DNA of 64,000 bases from Thalassobaculaceae bacterium (lineage in GTDB: Bacteria > Pseudomonadota > Alphaproteobacteria > Thalassobaculales > Thalassobaculaceae). The position numbers were made by a program, and so were the translations under genes. The DNA is taken from the NCBI GenBank assembly GCA_965228875.1, contig OZ245843.1, forward strand, positions 1,222,616 to 1,286,615. The letters are read 5' to 3'. Below the pieces are notes generated by a model that was given only the letters and a program-made list of their open reading frames with translations, was not told the DNA's origin and ran no database searches. Of the stretch, positions 1 to 9,857 are shown in pieces (within the stretch, counting starts at the first letter, position 1; each line of letters starts with the position of its first letter).

Positions 1-537
1 TGCCCGGGCCACCGCCCGCCGTCCGTCCCGGTCGATTCCGCCGTCTGCGACCATGTCCTCCAGCCGGGAAAACAGCTGGCGGCCGCTGGTCATCACCTTG
101 GCGGCGGGCCTGGAGATGGCGCTGACGGCCTCGTCCTCGCTGCCGCTGCCATAGGCCCGCCAGAACGCGTCGAGGAATTCGCCGGGGGAGAGGTCGCCGG
201 TCAGTGCCGCATCGATGATTCCCTCCTCGAGCAGACGCCCGAGGCTGAGGGTCATCTTCGGGCCGATCATGACGACGAGGGTGCCACGCCCCTGGGAGAC
301 CATCCGTGCCTGCTGCGCCAGCCAGGCGCCATCTCCGCCGACCAGCTGGTCCTCGATCATCACCACGTCGGGAACGGTTTCGAACGCTTCCGCAGCGGCC
401 GGGTTGTTCTTCGTCACGGTGATGTCGAAGGTGTTGCGCAGCGTGTTCAGCACGGCGGCGTATCGCCCCGGCCGTCCGGTGCAGAACACCAGCCGCGCGC
501 CCCGCCCGTTTGTCGCCCCCGTTATCGCCACCCGCAT
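1..537 (-). CDS. Partial CDS running off the window start; degenerate receiver-like N-terminus, possibly a signalling protein
   Basis: Own translation of the minus strand from ATG 537: MRVAITGATNGRGARLVFCTG...PDVVMIEDQLVGGDGAWLAQQAR...LVVMIG, which resembles a receiver fold; no stop before position 1. Confidence 0.45.
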   Translation of the reverse strand, partial: MRVAITGATNGRGARLVFCTGRPGRYAAVLNTLRNTFDITVTKNNPAAAEAFETVPDVVMIEDQLVGGDGAWLAQQARMVSQGRGTLVVMIGPKMTLSLGRLLEEGIIDAALTGDLSPGEFLDAFWRAYGSGSEDEAVSAISRPAAKVMTSGRQLFSRLEDMVADGGIDRDGRRAVARA

Positions 538-624
538 CCCCCGGTCATTCGCTCGCCTGCATTCGGCCGCCTGGATCCGGCCACGCAGACGAACTATGCG
601 CGAACCGATTGAAAAGGCGTTAAC

Positions 625-1851
625 TCACCCGCCGCCGGCAACATCGGCGATATCCGAAAGCCGGTCGAGGCCGGCGGCGACATCGGCGATCAGATCGTCG
701 GGATCCTCAATACCGGTGTAGAAACGAACGATCGGGCCGGCATACGGCCAGTCGGTCGCGCTGCGTTCCAGGGTGATGTCCGTCGGTTTGACCAGGCTCT
801 CGAAACCACCCCAGCTGGCGCCCATGCCGAACAGTTCGAGGCCGTCGTAGAACGCGGCCAGCGCCTGGTCTGGAACAGGCTTGAACACCGCCGAGAACAG
901 GCCGCTGCAGCCGGTGAAGTCGCGTTTCCACAAGGCGTGGTCGGGGTGACTCTCGAGGCCCGGGTGGAGGACGCACTCGATCTCCGGTCGGCTTTCCATC
1001 CAGCGCGCCAGGGCGAGGCCGTTGGCTCCGGTCTCGCGCAGCCGCAGTTCCATGGTCCGCAGACCGCGTGCCGCCAGGAACAGGTCGTCCGGCGCCACGT
1101 AGTGCCCGTGCAGGCGGACCGTGCTGCGGATCCTCTCGCTGTATTCTCGCGTGCTGGCGATGAGCCCCATGATCAGGTCGGAATGACCGCCGATGTACTT
1201 GGTCACCGCCTCGTTCACGATGTCGACCCCGAGCGCGAAGGGGTCGCAGAACAGCGGGGTGCCCCAGGTGTTGTCCATCATCACCACCGCGCCGGCCTTG
1301 TGGGCCGCTTCGGCGATGGCCGGAATGTCCTGCACCTCGAAGGTCTGCGATCCCGGGCTTTCGGTGTAGACGCATCGGGTGTTCGGCCGGATCAGCGCGG
1401 CGATACCGCCGCCGATCCTCGGGTCGTAGTAGGTCGTCTCGACGCCGTATTTCGCCAGCACGTGATCGCAGAACCTGCGGGTCGGGAAGTAGGCGGTGTC
1501 GGTCATCAGCAGGTGGTCGCCGGCCTGCAGCACGGCGAGCAGGCCGGCCGTGATCGCCGATAGACCGGAGGAGGTCATGACCACGTCACCGGCGCGATAG
1601 ATCTCGCAGAGCGCGGCTTCGAGACGGAAGGTGGTCGGCGTACCGCTCACCCCGTAGGTGACAGGGGCGTCGACGCCCTCGGGGTAGTTGGGCGGCGGCG
1701 CCGCGCGAACACCGCGCCAGGCATCGAGGCTGGGGGCGAGAACCGTGGAGGCGTGGAATACAGGTGTATTTACCACGCCTTTGAACTCATGCGGCGTGCG
1801 CCCGGCATGGACGAGACGGGTGCGGGTCTTGTGGCGGCGGTCTTCGGCCAT
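625..1851 (-). CDS. metC: Cystathionine beta-lyase
   Basis: PLP Cys/Met metabolism motifs VNTPVFHAST, ESPGSQTFEVQDIP, DNTW, TKYIGGHSD, GASWGGFESL; divergent from aapJ; start trimmed to MAEDRR. Confidence 0.93.
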   Translation of the reverse strand: MAEDRRHKTRTRLVHAGRTPHEFKGVVNTPVFHASTVLAPSLDAWRGVRAAPPPNYPEGVDAPVTYGVSGTPTTFRLEAALCEIYRAGDVVMTSSGLSAITAGLLAVLQAGDHLLMTDTAYFPTRRFCDHVLAKYGVETTYYDPRIGGGIAALIRPNTRCVYTESPGSQTFEVQDIPAIAEAAHKAGAVVMMDNTWGTPLFCDPFALGVDIVNEAVTKYIGGHSDLIMGLIASTREYSERIRSTVRLHGHYVAPDDLFLAARGLRTMELRLRETGANGLALARWMESRPEIECVLHPGLESHPDHALWKRDFTGCSGLFSAVFKPVPDQALAAFYDGLELFGMGASWGGFESLVKPTDITLERSATDWPYAGPIVRFYTGIEDPDDLIADVAAGLDRLSDIADVAGGG

Positions 1852-2121
1852 CGGATCCTCGGTTCGGTTGCGGCGTCTAACAGTCGGGAAGTCGGTGGAG
1901 ACAGCGTCGGATCGCAGTCTCGGATTGTCTTGTCGCAAGAACAAGTGCGTGTGGTCCGCAGACCTCGAAAGCTTGCTTTTCAGGTATTCACCATGTTGGA
2001 ATGATCAGGTTCCGGGCGGACTGCTCCCTTTGACGGCATCCATTCGGCAATTGCACGCCTTTTAAGCAGTTGTCTGGCGTGTCGGGGGAGGGAATGTCGC
2101 GGAATTCGGTCGTCGCCGTCC

Positions 2122-2136
2122 TGGCAAGGTCCTTGC
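2122..2136 (+). promoter_or_regulatory. Putative sigma-54 (-24/-12) promoter of the aap operon
   Basis: TGGCAAGGTCCTTGC has GG-N10-GC spacing; partial NtrC-like site TGCAC-N9-GCA at 2052-2068. Confidence 0.55.
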
Positions 2137-2203
2137 GAAGACAATGGCCCGGGATCGCAGCGGTCGATCCAGTTACAACGATAACCTGGGTGGGTTTCAC
2201 ATC

Positions 2204-3244
2204 ATGAAGAAGGTCAGCCTTTTGGCTCTGGGCGCGGGGTTCCTGGCCAGCCTCGCGTTTACTCCCGAGCCGGTCCTGGCACAGGACAGCACGCTGGAGA
2301 TCGTCAAGAACCGCGGCATTCTGCGCTGCCAGGTCGGCACTCCTGCGCCGGGCTTCTACTCGCTGTCCGATGACGGCAAGTGGTCGGGCTTCGACGTCGA
2401 GAACTGCCGCGCCATCTCTGCCGCGATCTTCGGCGATCCGGACAAGATCGAGTACCAGTCCGTCACTTCGGCCGTTCGCTTCACGGCGATGGCCAATGGC
2501 GAGTCCGACGTTCTGTCGCGCACCACGACCTGGACCCTGTTCCGCGACACGCAGCTCGGTCTCGACTTCACCACGGTGAACTTCTACGACGGCCAGGGCT
2601 TCATGGTCGCCAACGACCTCGGCGTTAACAGCGCGATGGAGCTCGCGGGCGCCACCGTCTGCGTGCTGACCGGCACGACGACCGAGCTGAACCTGACCGA
2701 CTACAGCCGGACCAACGATCTCGGCATGGAGCCGGTGGTGTTTGAGGACAGCAACGTCCGCGACAGCACGTTCTTCTCCGGCGGCTGCGACGCGGTCACC
2801 AACGACAAGTCCGGCCTGGCGTCGATCCGCGCGAAGGCGCCGGATCAGTCGATCTTCAAGATCCTGCCGGAGACCATCTCGAAGGAGCCGCTGGGCCCGG
2901 TCGTTCGTCAGAACGACAGCCAGTGGAACGACATCGTGATGTGGTCGGTGTTCGCCATGGTGAACGCCGAGGAACTGGGCGTGAACTCGGCCAACATCGA
3001 CGAGATGAAGGCGACCAGCACCAACCCGGAAGTCAAGCGCATGTTTGGCGTCGAGGGCGACCTGAACAAGGGTCTCGGCCTCGGTCCGGACTGGGCGTAC
3101 AACATCATCAAGATGGTGGGCAACTACGGCGAGAACTACGAAGAGTACATGGGGGCGAAGACCGTCATGAACATCCCGCGGCCGGGGTCGGTGAACGACC
3201 TGTGGACGCGCGGTGGTCTGATGTACTCCCCGCCGTTCCGGTGA
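2204..3244 (+). CDS. aapJ: General L-amino acid ABC transporter substrate-binding protein
   Basis: Signal peptide; GFDVENCRAISAAIFGD, LSRTTTWT, ISKEPLGP, C-terminal GGLMYSPPFR. Confidence 0.92.
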   Translation: MKKVSLLALGAGFLASLAFTPEPVLAQDSTLEIVKNRGILRCQVGTPAPGFYSLSDDGKWSGFDVENCRAISAAIFGDPDKIEYQSVTSAVRFTAMANGESDVLSRTTTWTLFRDTQLGLDFTTVNFYDGQGFMVANDLGVNSAMELAGATVCVLTGTTTELNLTDYSRTNDLGMEPVVFEDSNVRDSTFFSGGCDAVTNDKSGLASIRAKAPDQSIFKILPETISKEPLGPVVRQNDSQWNDIVMWSVFAMVNAEELGVNSANIDEMKATSTNPEVKRMFGVEGDLNKGLGLGPDWAYNIIKMVGNYGENYEEYMGAKTVMNIPRPGSVNDLWTRGGLMYSPPFR

Positions 3245-3258
3245 TCGTCTGATTGCTT

Positions 3259-3288
3259 CGGTGCCCGATCGTTCTCGATCGGGCACCG
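3259..3288 (+). terminator. Perfect 13-bp hairpin between aapJ and aapQ (attenuating terminator or mRNA stabiliser)
   Basis: CGGTGCCCGATCG-TTCT-CGATCGGGCACCG. Confidence 0.6.
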
Positions 3289-3333
3289 TTCGCATTCGTT
3301 AGATACTTTTTATCCGGTTCGGAGGGCGTGGCG

Positions 3334-4530
3334 ATGGCCGCTGTCGACAAGGCTGGCCCGCGAAGGGACGCGCGGTCATTCTCTGAGATCGTCAACGACG
3401 AACGATATCGTGCCGTCTTCTATCAGGTGATCGTCGCGGTCGCCGTGATCTGGACGGCGAACTACCTCATCACCAACACCGCCGAGAACCTTGAGGCCCG
3501 CGGCATGTCCGCCGGGTTCGGTTTCCTGGAATCCACGGCGGGCTTCTCGATCGCCTGGTCGATCATCGACTACGAGCCGGGCGACACCTATTTCGACGTC
3601 TATATCGTCGGTATCGCCAACACGCTGCTCGTTTCCTTCTTTGCGATCATCGCCACCACGCTGCTCGGCTTCATCGTCGGCGTGATGCGTCTGTCGAAGA
3701 ACTTCCTCGTCGCGCAGTTGGCTTCGGCCTATGTCGAAGTGATGCGGAACGTGCCGCTGCTGCTGCACATCCTGTTCTGGTTCACGCTGTCGGCCGCCCT
3801 GCCTCGACCGCGCGGCAGCCTCGAGATCGGCGAGATGTTCTTCCTGAACAACCGCGGCCTCTACATACCGGCGCCGGTGCCCGAAGAGGGCTTCAACATC
3901 GTTGTGATCATGGCCCTCATCGGCATCGCGGCGGCCTACGCCGTGGCCGTGTGGGCGGCCAAACGGCAGATGGCAACGGGTCAGAAGTTCCCCTCTCTGT
4001 GGGTCGGGATCGGGTTGGTCCTAGGACTTCCGCTGCTAACCTTCGTTGCGATGGGCGCGCCGCTGTCCTTCGACTATCCGGCTTTGAAGGGGTTCAACTT
4101 CCAGGGCGGCGCCGATGTCCCGCGGGCGTTCTGCGCGTTGCTGTTCGCGTTGGTGCTGTATCACACGGTGTTCATGGCCGAAGCGGTGCGCGCCGGTATC
4201 CTGTCGGTCAGCCACGGCCAGACCGAGGCGTCCTACTCCCTTGGCCTGAAACCGAGTTGGACGCTGCGTCTCGTCGTCATTCCGCAGGCCATGCGCGCGG
4301 TCGTCCCGCCGATGATCAGCAACTGGATGAACGTGGTGAAGAACTCGTCGCTGGCCATTGCCATCGGCTATCCCGATCTGGTCGCGGTGTTCATGCAGAC
4401 GTCGCTCAACCAGTCCGGCCATGCCATCGAGATCGTCGGCATGGTGATGCTGTTCTACATGACCGTGAGCCTGACCATCTCGGCGGCTCTGAACTACTAC
4501 AACAAACTCGTTCAGATTAAGGAGCGGTGA
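3334..4530 (+). CDS. aapQ: Amino acid ABC transporter permease
   Basis: YVEVMRNVPLLL, EAVRAGILSVSHGQTEA, KNSSLAIAIGYPDL; operon position. Confidence 0.9.
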   Translation: MAAVDKAGPRRDARSFSEIVNDERYRAVFYQVIVAVAVIWTANYLITNTAENLEARGMSAGFGFLESTAGFSIAWSIIDYEPGDTYFDVYIVGIANTLLVSFFAIIATTLLGFIVGVMRLSKNFLVAQLASAYVEVMRNVPLLLHILFWFTLSAALPRPRGSLEIGEMFFLNNRGLYIPAPVPEEGFNIVVIMALIGIAAAYAVAVWAAKRQMATGQKFPSLWVGIGLVLGLPLLTFVAMGAPLSFDYPALKGFNFQGGADVPRAFCALLFALVLYHTVFMAEAVRAGILSVSHGQTEASYSLGLKPSWTLRLVVIPQAMRAVVPPMISNWMNVVKNSSLAIAIGYPDLVAVFMQTSLNQSGHAIEIVGMVMLFYMTVSLTISAALNYYNKLVQIKER

Positions 4531-4533
4531 GCC

Positions 4534-5883
4534 ATGACGGACGCGACTGAATCCGACTCCGTCTTCCGGCCCAAGCCGAGTCTGCCCCCGCCGGCCAATA
4601 CGGTCGGCGTGGTCGGATGGCTCCGTAAGAATCTGTTCGGCGGTGTCGGCGACACACTTATGACGCTGGTCAGCGTCTACCTCATCTACCTGATCCTCGA
4701 GTTCATCGTCGAATACGGCTTCGTGAACGCGATCTGGTCGGCCGGGACCTACCGGGAATGCCTCGACATAAACAAGGGTGAGGGGGCGTGCTGGGCCGGC
4801 ATCGGCGTATGGTTCAACAGCATGATGTACGGCCGCTATCCGGACGAGGAGCAGTGGCGCGTCAATCTCGGCGGCATCATCCTGGTCCTCTGGCTGATCC
4901 CGTTCTGGCTGCCGAAGGTCAGCGGAAAGATCCAAGTCGGTATCTCCGCCGTCCTGACCTTCCCGTTCCTCGGCGCCGTTCTGTTCCTCGGTGGCGACAA
5001 CGGGATCTTTCTCCAGGCCATGGCGTCGGTCGCCATGACCCTGTTCGCTGCGGTGTGGCTGAACGTGGCATCGTGTTACGCCATGGGTCGGTCGCTGGGC
5101 AGCGTGATCGTCCGGGCCACCGGATTCGCCGACAAGGATGATCGGCTGCATAAATGGGTGCTGCTCGCCGCGTTCGGTGTCGGCTTCGTGATCTCCTTCA
5201 TCTTCCAGTCGACCTGGAACCTGGAGCTGGTGTCGACCACGATCTGGGGTGGCCTGTTCCTTACACTGGTCATCTCGGGGATCGGTATCGCCTCCGCGCT
5301 GCCGAACGGCATCCTGCTGGCCCTCGGCCGCCGATCGAAGATGCCGGTGATCCGGGTGTTCTGCACCGCGTTCATCGAGTTGTTCCGCTCGGTGCCGCTG
5401 ATCACCATCCTGTTCATGGCGGTGACGATGATGCCGCTGTTCCTGCCGGTCGAACTCAATCCGCCTAAGCTCGCCATGGTCATCGTCGCGGTGTGCATCT
5501 TCGCCGCCGCCTATATGGCGGAGGTTGTGCGCGGCGGCCTGCAGGCGGTGAACAAGGGGCAGTACGAGGCGGCTCAGGCCATGGGCCTGAATTTCTGGAA
5601 GATGATGGCGCTCATCGTCATGCCCCAGGCGCTGAAGCTGATGATCCCGAACATCGTGGGCAGCTTCATGGGTCTCATGAAGGACACCACGCTGGTGTCG
5701 ATCATCGGCCTCTATGACATCCTGCTGATGGGCAAGGCGGCGGGTCAGAACCCGTCCTGGCTCGGCTTCCATACCGAGCCGCTGCTGTTCACCGCGGCGA
5801 TCTTCTTCGTCCTCTGCTTCGCCATGTCGAAGTACAGCCAACACCTCGAACGGACGATCGGCGGCGGCTACGGCCGCCGGTGA
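4534..5883 (+). CDS. aapM: Amino acid ABC transporter permease
   Basis: WGGLFLTL, FRSVPLITILF, EVVRGGLQAVNKGQYEAA, KDTTLV. Confidence 0.9.
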   Translation: MTDATESDSVFRPKPSLPPPANTVGVVGWLRKNLFGGVGDTLMTLVSVYLIYLILEFIVEYGFVNAIWSAGTYRECLDINKGEGACWAGIGVWFNSMMYGRYPDEEQWRVNLGGIILVLWLIPFWLPKVSGKIQVGISAVLTFPFLGAVLFLGGDNGIFLQAMASVAMTLFAAVWLNVASCYAMGRSLGSVIVRATGFADKDDRLHKWVLLAAFGVGFVISFIFQSTWNLELVSTTIWGGLFLTLVISGIGIASALPNGILLALGRRSKMPVIRVFCTAFIELFRSVPLITILFMAVTMMPLFLPVELNPPKLAMVIVAVCIFAAAYMAEVVRGGLQAVNKGQYEAAQAMGLNFWKMMALIVMPQALKLMIPNIVGSFMGLMKDTTLVSIIGLYDILLMGKAAGQNPSWLGFHTEPLLFTAAIFFVLCFAMSKYSQHLERTIGGGYGRR

Positions 5884-5919
5884 CGGACCGATTTACGAGC
5901 GAGAACAGGGATTTCGATA

Positions 5920-6723
5920 ATGAGCCTCGACGCACACTCCCTCGACGAAATCGATCAGGTCGAACACGTCGCCTCCGCGATCTCCGATGAAGTGGTCATC
6001 GAACTCAACGCCGTGAACAAGTGGTTCGGCGAGTTCCATGTCCTCAAGGACATCAATCTCTCGGTCAACAAGGGTGAACGGATCGTGGTCTGCGGCCCGT
6101 CCGGGTCCGGCAAGTCGACGATGATCCGCTGCATCAACCGGCTGGAGGAGCACCAGGCGGGCGACATCATCGTCAACGGCACCGAAATGGGCTCCAACCT
6201 GAAGAACATCGACGCGATCCGCCGCGATGTCGGCATGGTGTTCCAGCAGTTCAACCTGTTCCCGCATCTCACGGTGCTGGAGAACTGCTCCCTGGCGCCG
6301 ATATGGGTGAAGAACATGCCCAAGGCCGAGGCCGAGAACATCGCTATGCAGTATCTCGAGCGGGTGAAGATCCCCGAGCAGGCGCTGAAGTACCCGGGTC
6401 AGCTCTCCGGCGGACAGCAGCAGCGCGTGGCCATCGCCCGGTCGCTCTGCATGAACCCGACGATCATGCTGTTCGACGAGCCGACCTCGGCGCTGGACCC
6501 GGAAATGATCTCCGAGGTGCTCGACGTGATGGTCGGCCTCGCCGAGACCGGCATGACCATGCTCGTCGTGACCCACGAGATGGGCTTCGCCAAGCGGGTC
6601 GCCGACCGGGTGATTTTCATGGACCAGGGCGAGATTGTGGAGCAGAACACGCCGGACGAGTTCTTCCACAATCCGAAGTCGGATCGCACGAAGCTGTTCC
6701 TGAGTCAGATCCTGGCGCACTGA
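5920..6723 (+). CDS. aapP: Amino acid ABC transporter ATP-binding protein
   Basis: Walker [30 protein letters not shown]. Confidence 0.93.
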   Translation: MSLDAHSLDEIDQVEHVASAISDEVVIELNAVNKWFGEFHVLKDINLSVNKGERIVVCGPSGSGKSTMIRCINRLEEHQAGDIIVNGTEMGSNLKNIDAIRRDVGMVFQQFNLFPHLTVLENCSLAPIWVKNMPKAEAENIAMQYLERVKIPEQALKYPGQLSGGQQQRVAIARSLCMNPTIMLFDEPTSALDPEMISEVLDVMVGLAETGMTMLVVTHEMGFAKRVADRVIFMDQGEIVEQNTPDEFFHNPKSDRTKLFLSQILAH

Positions 6724-6916
6724 GACGCGCCGCACGGGACGACCAAACCCGCGGGGGGCGGGGGCGGTCCTGGGGGCGTGCCGGTTCGCCGGCGCGCCCC
6801 CTTTCCGTTGCGCGGATCGCGGCGATCGGCACACGATCGCTCCGGATGGGAGCGATCTGATCCGTCGATCGCCCTCGAACCGCTAAAAAATGGGCTGTAC
6901 GGCAGGGGAGGAAGAA

Positions 6917-7978
6917 ATGACCACGGACGCGGGTGTCGCCCTGGTCGCCGGTGTATCGGGCATCGTCGGACGCGGGATCTCGAGCAGGCTGCTCGAAGAC
7001 GGCTGGCGGGTCATCGGCCTGTCGCGGACCCCGCCGCTGCCACCGATAGATGGGGTCGAGCATATTGCCGCCGATCTGCGCGATGCCGAAGGGCTGCGGG
7101 CGGCGCTCGCCGATGTCGGTGGCGCGGTCAGCCATATCTTCTACGCCGGTCGGGCGCCGGACCCGGACCCGGCCGTCGAGGCCGAACGGAACACGGCGAT
7201 GCTGGTCAATACGGTGGACGCCGTCCAGGCGGCGGGAACCCGGCTCGCGCATGTCCACGCGGTGCATGGCACGAAGTGGTACGGCAGCCATGTCGGCCCG
7301 TTCAAGACCCCGGCCGAGGAGGACGACCCGCGCTGCCCGGTCCCCAACTTCTATTTCGACCAGCAGGACTGGCTGAAGGAACAGGGACCGAAACGGGGCT
7401 TCACCTGGTCGACGACCCGCCCGCACCTGCTGATCGGATTCTCCCTCGGCTACCCGCACAACATCCTGAGCGTGGTCGCCGTCCACGCGGTCCTGTGCCG
7501 GGAGGCCGGACGACCGCTGACGTTTCCCGGAACCCGCGGGCATTTCGAGCGGGTCTCCCAGGTCACCGACATCGACCTGCTGGTCGATGCCATGCGGTGG
7601 TGCGCGACAGCGCCAGCGGCGGCCAACCAGGCCTTCAACGTCATCAATGCCGACTTCTTCCGATGGAAGGACGTGTGGCCGGAAATCGCCGCGTTCTTCG
7701 ACCTGGAGCCGGGCGGCGTGGTCACGGAGAGCCTCGCAACAGCCTTCGCCGCCGCCGAGGAACCCTGGCGGGCGATGGCGGCCCGTGACGGGCTGAGCGA
7801 ACCGGATATCGGCCGCATCGCCAACGGTCCTTACGGCGATGCCACGTTCTCGGCCACCTGGGACGACATGTCGTCGACCGTGAAGATCCGACGGGCCGGG
7901 TTCGATCGTGTCTATGCAACGCGGGACAGCCTTCTCGACGCGCTAGCCGCGTATCGGCGTCACCGTGTCATCCCCTAG
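6917..7978 (+). CDS. Extended SDR, progesterone 5-beta-reductase/iridoid synthase (PRISE)-like
   Basis: GVSGIVG, GTKWY, PNFYFDQQD, TWSTTRP, NQAFNV..AD.FRWK. Confidence 0.75.
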   Translation: MTTDAGVALVAGVSGIVGRGISSRLLEDGWRVIGLSRTPPLPPIDGVEHIAADLRDAEGLRAALADVGGAVSHIFYAGRAPDPDPAVEAERNTAMLVNTVDAVQAAGTRLAHVHAVHGTKWYGSHVGPFKTPAEEDDPRCPVPNFYFDQQDWLKEQGPKRGFTWSTTRPHLLIGFSLGYPHNILSVVAVHAVLCREAGRPLTFPGTRGHFERVSQVTDIDLLVDAMRWCATAPAAANQAFNVINADFFRWKDVWPEIAAFFDLEPGGVVTESLATAFAAAEEPWRAMAARDGLSEPDIGRIANGPYGDATFSATWDDMSSTVKIRRAGFDRVYATRDSLLDALAAYRRHRVIP

Positions 7979-8986
7979 GGTGGCAACCGCGTCCGACGGC
8001 GCAGGCCGACGCCGGGGCAGGGGAAGTCCGGCGAGACGCGGGTCCGGCAGGGTCTCGACCCACTGGTCGAAGGGCTGGAAACCGGCTTTCTGGTAGGCTC
8101 CGAGCGCGCGGGGGTGGTCGAGGTCGCAGGTATGGACCCATAGACGCTCCGTCGCGCCGATCCAGGCGATGTCGACCACGGTGTCGAGCAGGTAGCGCCC
8201 GACCCCGCGACCGATGAAATCCGGCAGGAGCCCGAAATACGCCAGTTCGACATCGCCGTTCTGCGGCCGCCGGTCGAGTTCGCCGTAGCCCGCGGGCACG
8301 CCGTCGACATACAGCACGTAGATCTCGACCTTGGGATCGGCGATATGCGTCAGCAGCTCCCCATCGCCCATCAGCCGTCGCGACACCCAGGTCCAGTCGG
8401 CGCCGACCGACCCGTAGAGATAGCGGTAGAAGGAGAGGGTCGGCGGCTCGGCCCGGATCAGGGCGGTGCGCATCCCGGCCGGCGGATGCGGCGACGGGCG
8501 GGTGGGGCGGCTCGTCATCTCCAGGGCCGTCACCACGGTGTCGACCGTGCCGAGCCCGATCGGCGGGCCGTCGTCGAAGCGCTTGCTGAGAACGTGAACC
8601 GGTTCCTCCGCCCAGCCGAGCCTGTCGTAGAAGCCACGCACCCGCTCGTTCGTGGAGCGCACCATCAGTTCGGCCTTGGGCACGCCGCGCGCCTTCATCC
8701 AGCGCTCCGCCGCCGCCATCACCTGGCGTCCCACGTTCTTGCGTCGACGCCCGGGGTCGACCGCCACGTAGTAGACCCAGCCCCTGTGTCCGTCGTAGCC
8801 GACCATGACCGAGGCGACGACCTTGCCGAGCACGTCGGCGACAAGCAGTTCCGCGTCCGCAGCGCGCCGCGCTGCTTCGATATCGCGATGCGGGTCATTG
8901 TGCGGGACGAGCAGGTTGCACCGTCCCCAGAGATCGACCACCGCCTCGACGTCGCCGTCCTCGATCGGTCGGAAGTCGAGGCTCAC
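7943..8986 (-). CDS. Two-domain GNAT acetyltransferase (YpeA-like plus second GNAT)
   Basis: N-terminal VMVGYDGHRGWVYYVAV..RRRKNVG; C-terminal YFGLLPDFIGRGVG, WVHTCDLDHPRAL.AYQKAGF. Confidence 0.85.
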   Translation of the reverse strand: MSLDFRPIEDGDVEAVVDLWGRCNLLVPHNDPHRDIEAARRAADAELLVADVLGKVVASVMVGYDGHRGWVYYVAVDPGRRRKNVGRQVMAAAERWMKARGVPKAELMVRSTNERVRGFYDRLGWAEEPVHVLSKRFDDGPPIGLGTVDTVVTALEMTSRPTRPSPHPPAGMRTALIRAEPPTLSFYRYLYGSVGADWTWVSRRLMGDGELLTHIADPKVEIYVLYVDGVPAGYGELDRRPQNGDVELAYFGLLPDFIGRGVGRYLLDTVVDIAWIGATERLWVHTCDLDHPRALGAYQKAGFQPFDQWVETLPDPRLAGLPLPRRRPAPSDAVATLGDDTVTPIRG

Positions 8987-9843
8987 AACGGATCCGCCGG
9001 ACCCGTGTCGATCGGCGTGTCGTCGCGGGATCCCCAGTCCGACCAGGATCCGTCATACACGGCCATATCCGGGTGACCGAGACGGTGGGCCGCCAGCGCG
9101 ATCACGCAGGCGGTCACCCCGGAACCGCAGGAGGAGATGGTCGGTTTGGCAGGATCGACGCCGGCAGCGGCAAACCGGGCGGCCAGCGCATCTGCGCCGA
9201 GCACCTCTCGGGTGTCCTTGTTCAGCAGGCTGCCGATCGGCAGGGAGCGCGAGCCTGGAATGTGTCCGGATCGCATGCCCGGGCGGGGCTCCGGCTCGTC
9301 GCCGGTGAAGCGCCCGGCGGCCCGGGCGTCGACGATCTGCACGCCGGCATCGCCGATCGCGGCCCGCACGTCGTCGCGCGATCTGACCAGCTCCGGCCGG
9401 AATGCGGCGACGAAGGTCCCGGCCTCGCGCGGTGTCGCGTCCCCGGTCTCTAGCGCCCGTCCCTCGGCCACCCATTTCGGCATGCCGCCGTCGAGCACCG
9501 CGACCTTGTCGTGGCCGAACAGGCGGAACATCCACCACGTGCGCGCCGCCGACTGCAGGCCGTACACGTCGTAGGCAACGACCATCGTGTCCTTGGAGAT
9601 GCCAAGCGCCGCGGCCGCGGCGGCGAACGTCTCCGGATCCGGAATCATATGGGGCAGGGGGTCGTCCGGATCGCAGACCCTGTCGATGTCGAACCGTTGA
9701 GCGCCCGGAATATGGCCCTGCGGGAACTCGGTCTCGGCATCGCGGCCGGCGGTCGGCAGGTGGTAGGTGCCGTCCAGCACGACCACGTTCGGGTCATCCA
9801 GATGGTCGGCGAGCCAGGCGGTCGTCACGAGGGCGTCGGTCAT
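8983..9843 (-). CDS. sseA: 3-mercaptopyruvate sulfurtransferase (rhodanese)
   Basis: GHIPGA, LDGG, CGSGVTAC active site, VYDGSWSDWG. Confidence 0.92.
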   Translation of the reverse strand: MTDALVTTAWLADHLDDPNVVVLDGTYHLPTAGRDAETEFPQGHIPGAQRFDIDRVCDPDDPLPHMIPDPETFAAAAAALGISKDTMVVAYDVYGLQSAARTWWMFRLFGHDKVAVLDGGMPKWVAEGRALETGDATPREAGTFVAAFRPELVRSRDDVRAAIGDAGVQIVDARAAGRFTGDEPEPRPGMRSGHIPGSRSLPIGSLLNKDTREVLGADALAARFAAAGVDPAKPTISSCGSGVTACVIALAAHRLGHPDMAVYDGSWSDWGSRDDTPIDTGPADPL

Positions 9844-9857
9844 CGCGTCATATCCTC

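Noticed and set aside
609..624. CtrA-like box TTGA-N7-TTAAC upstream of the first partial gene
   Set aside because: One mismatch to the consensus and a single occurrence; too weak to call without a genome-wide model
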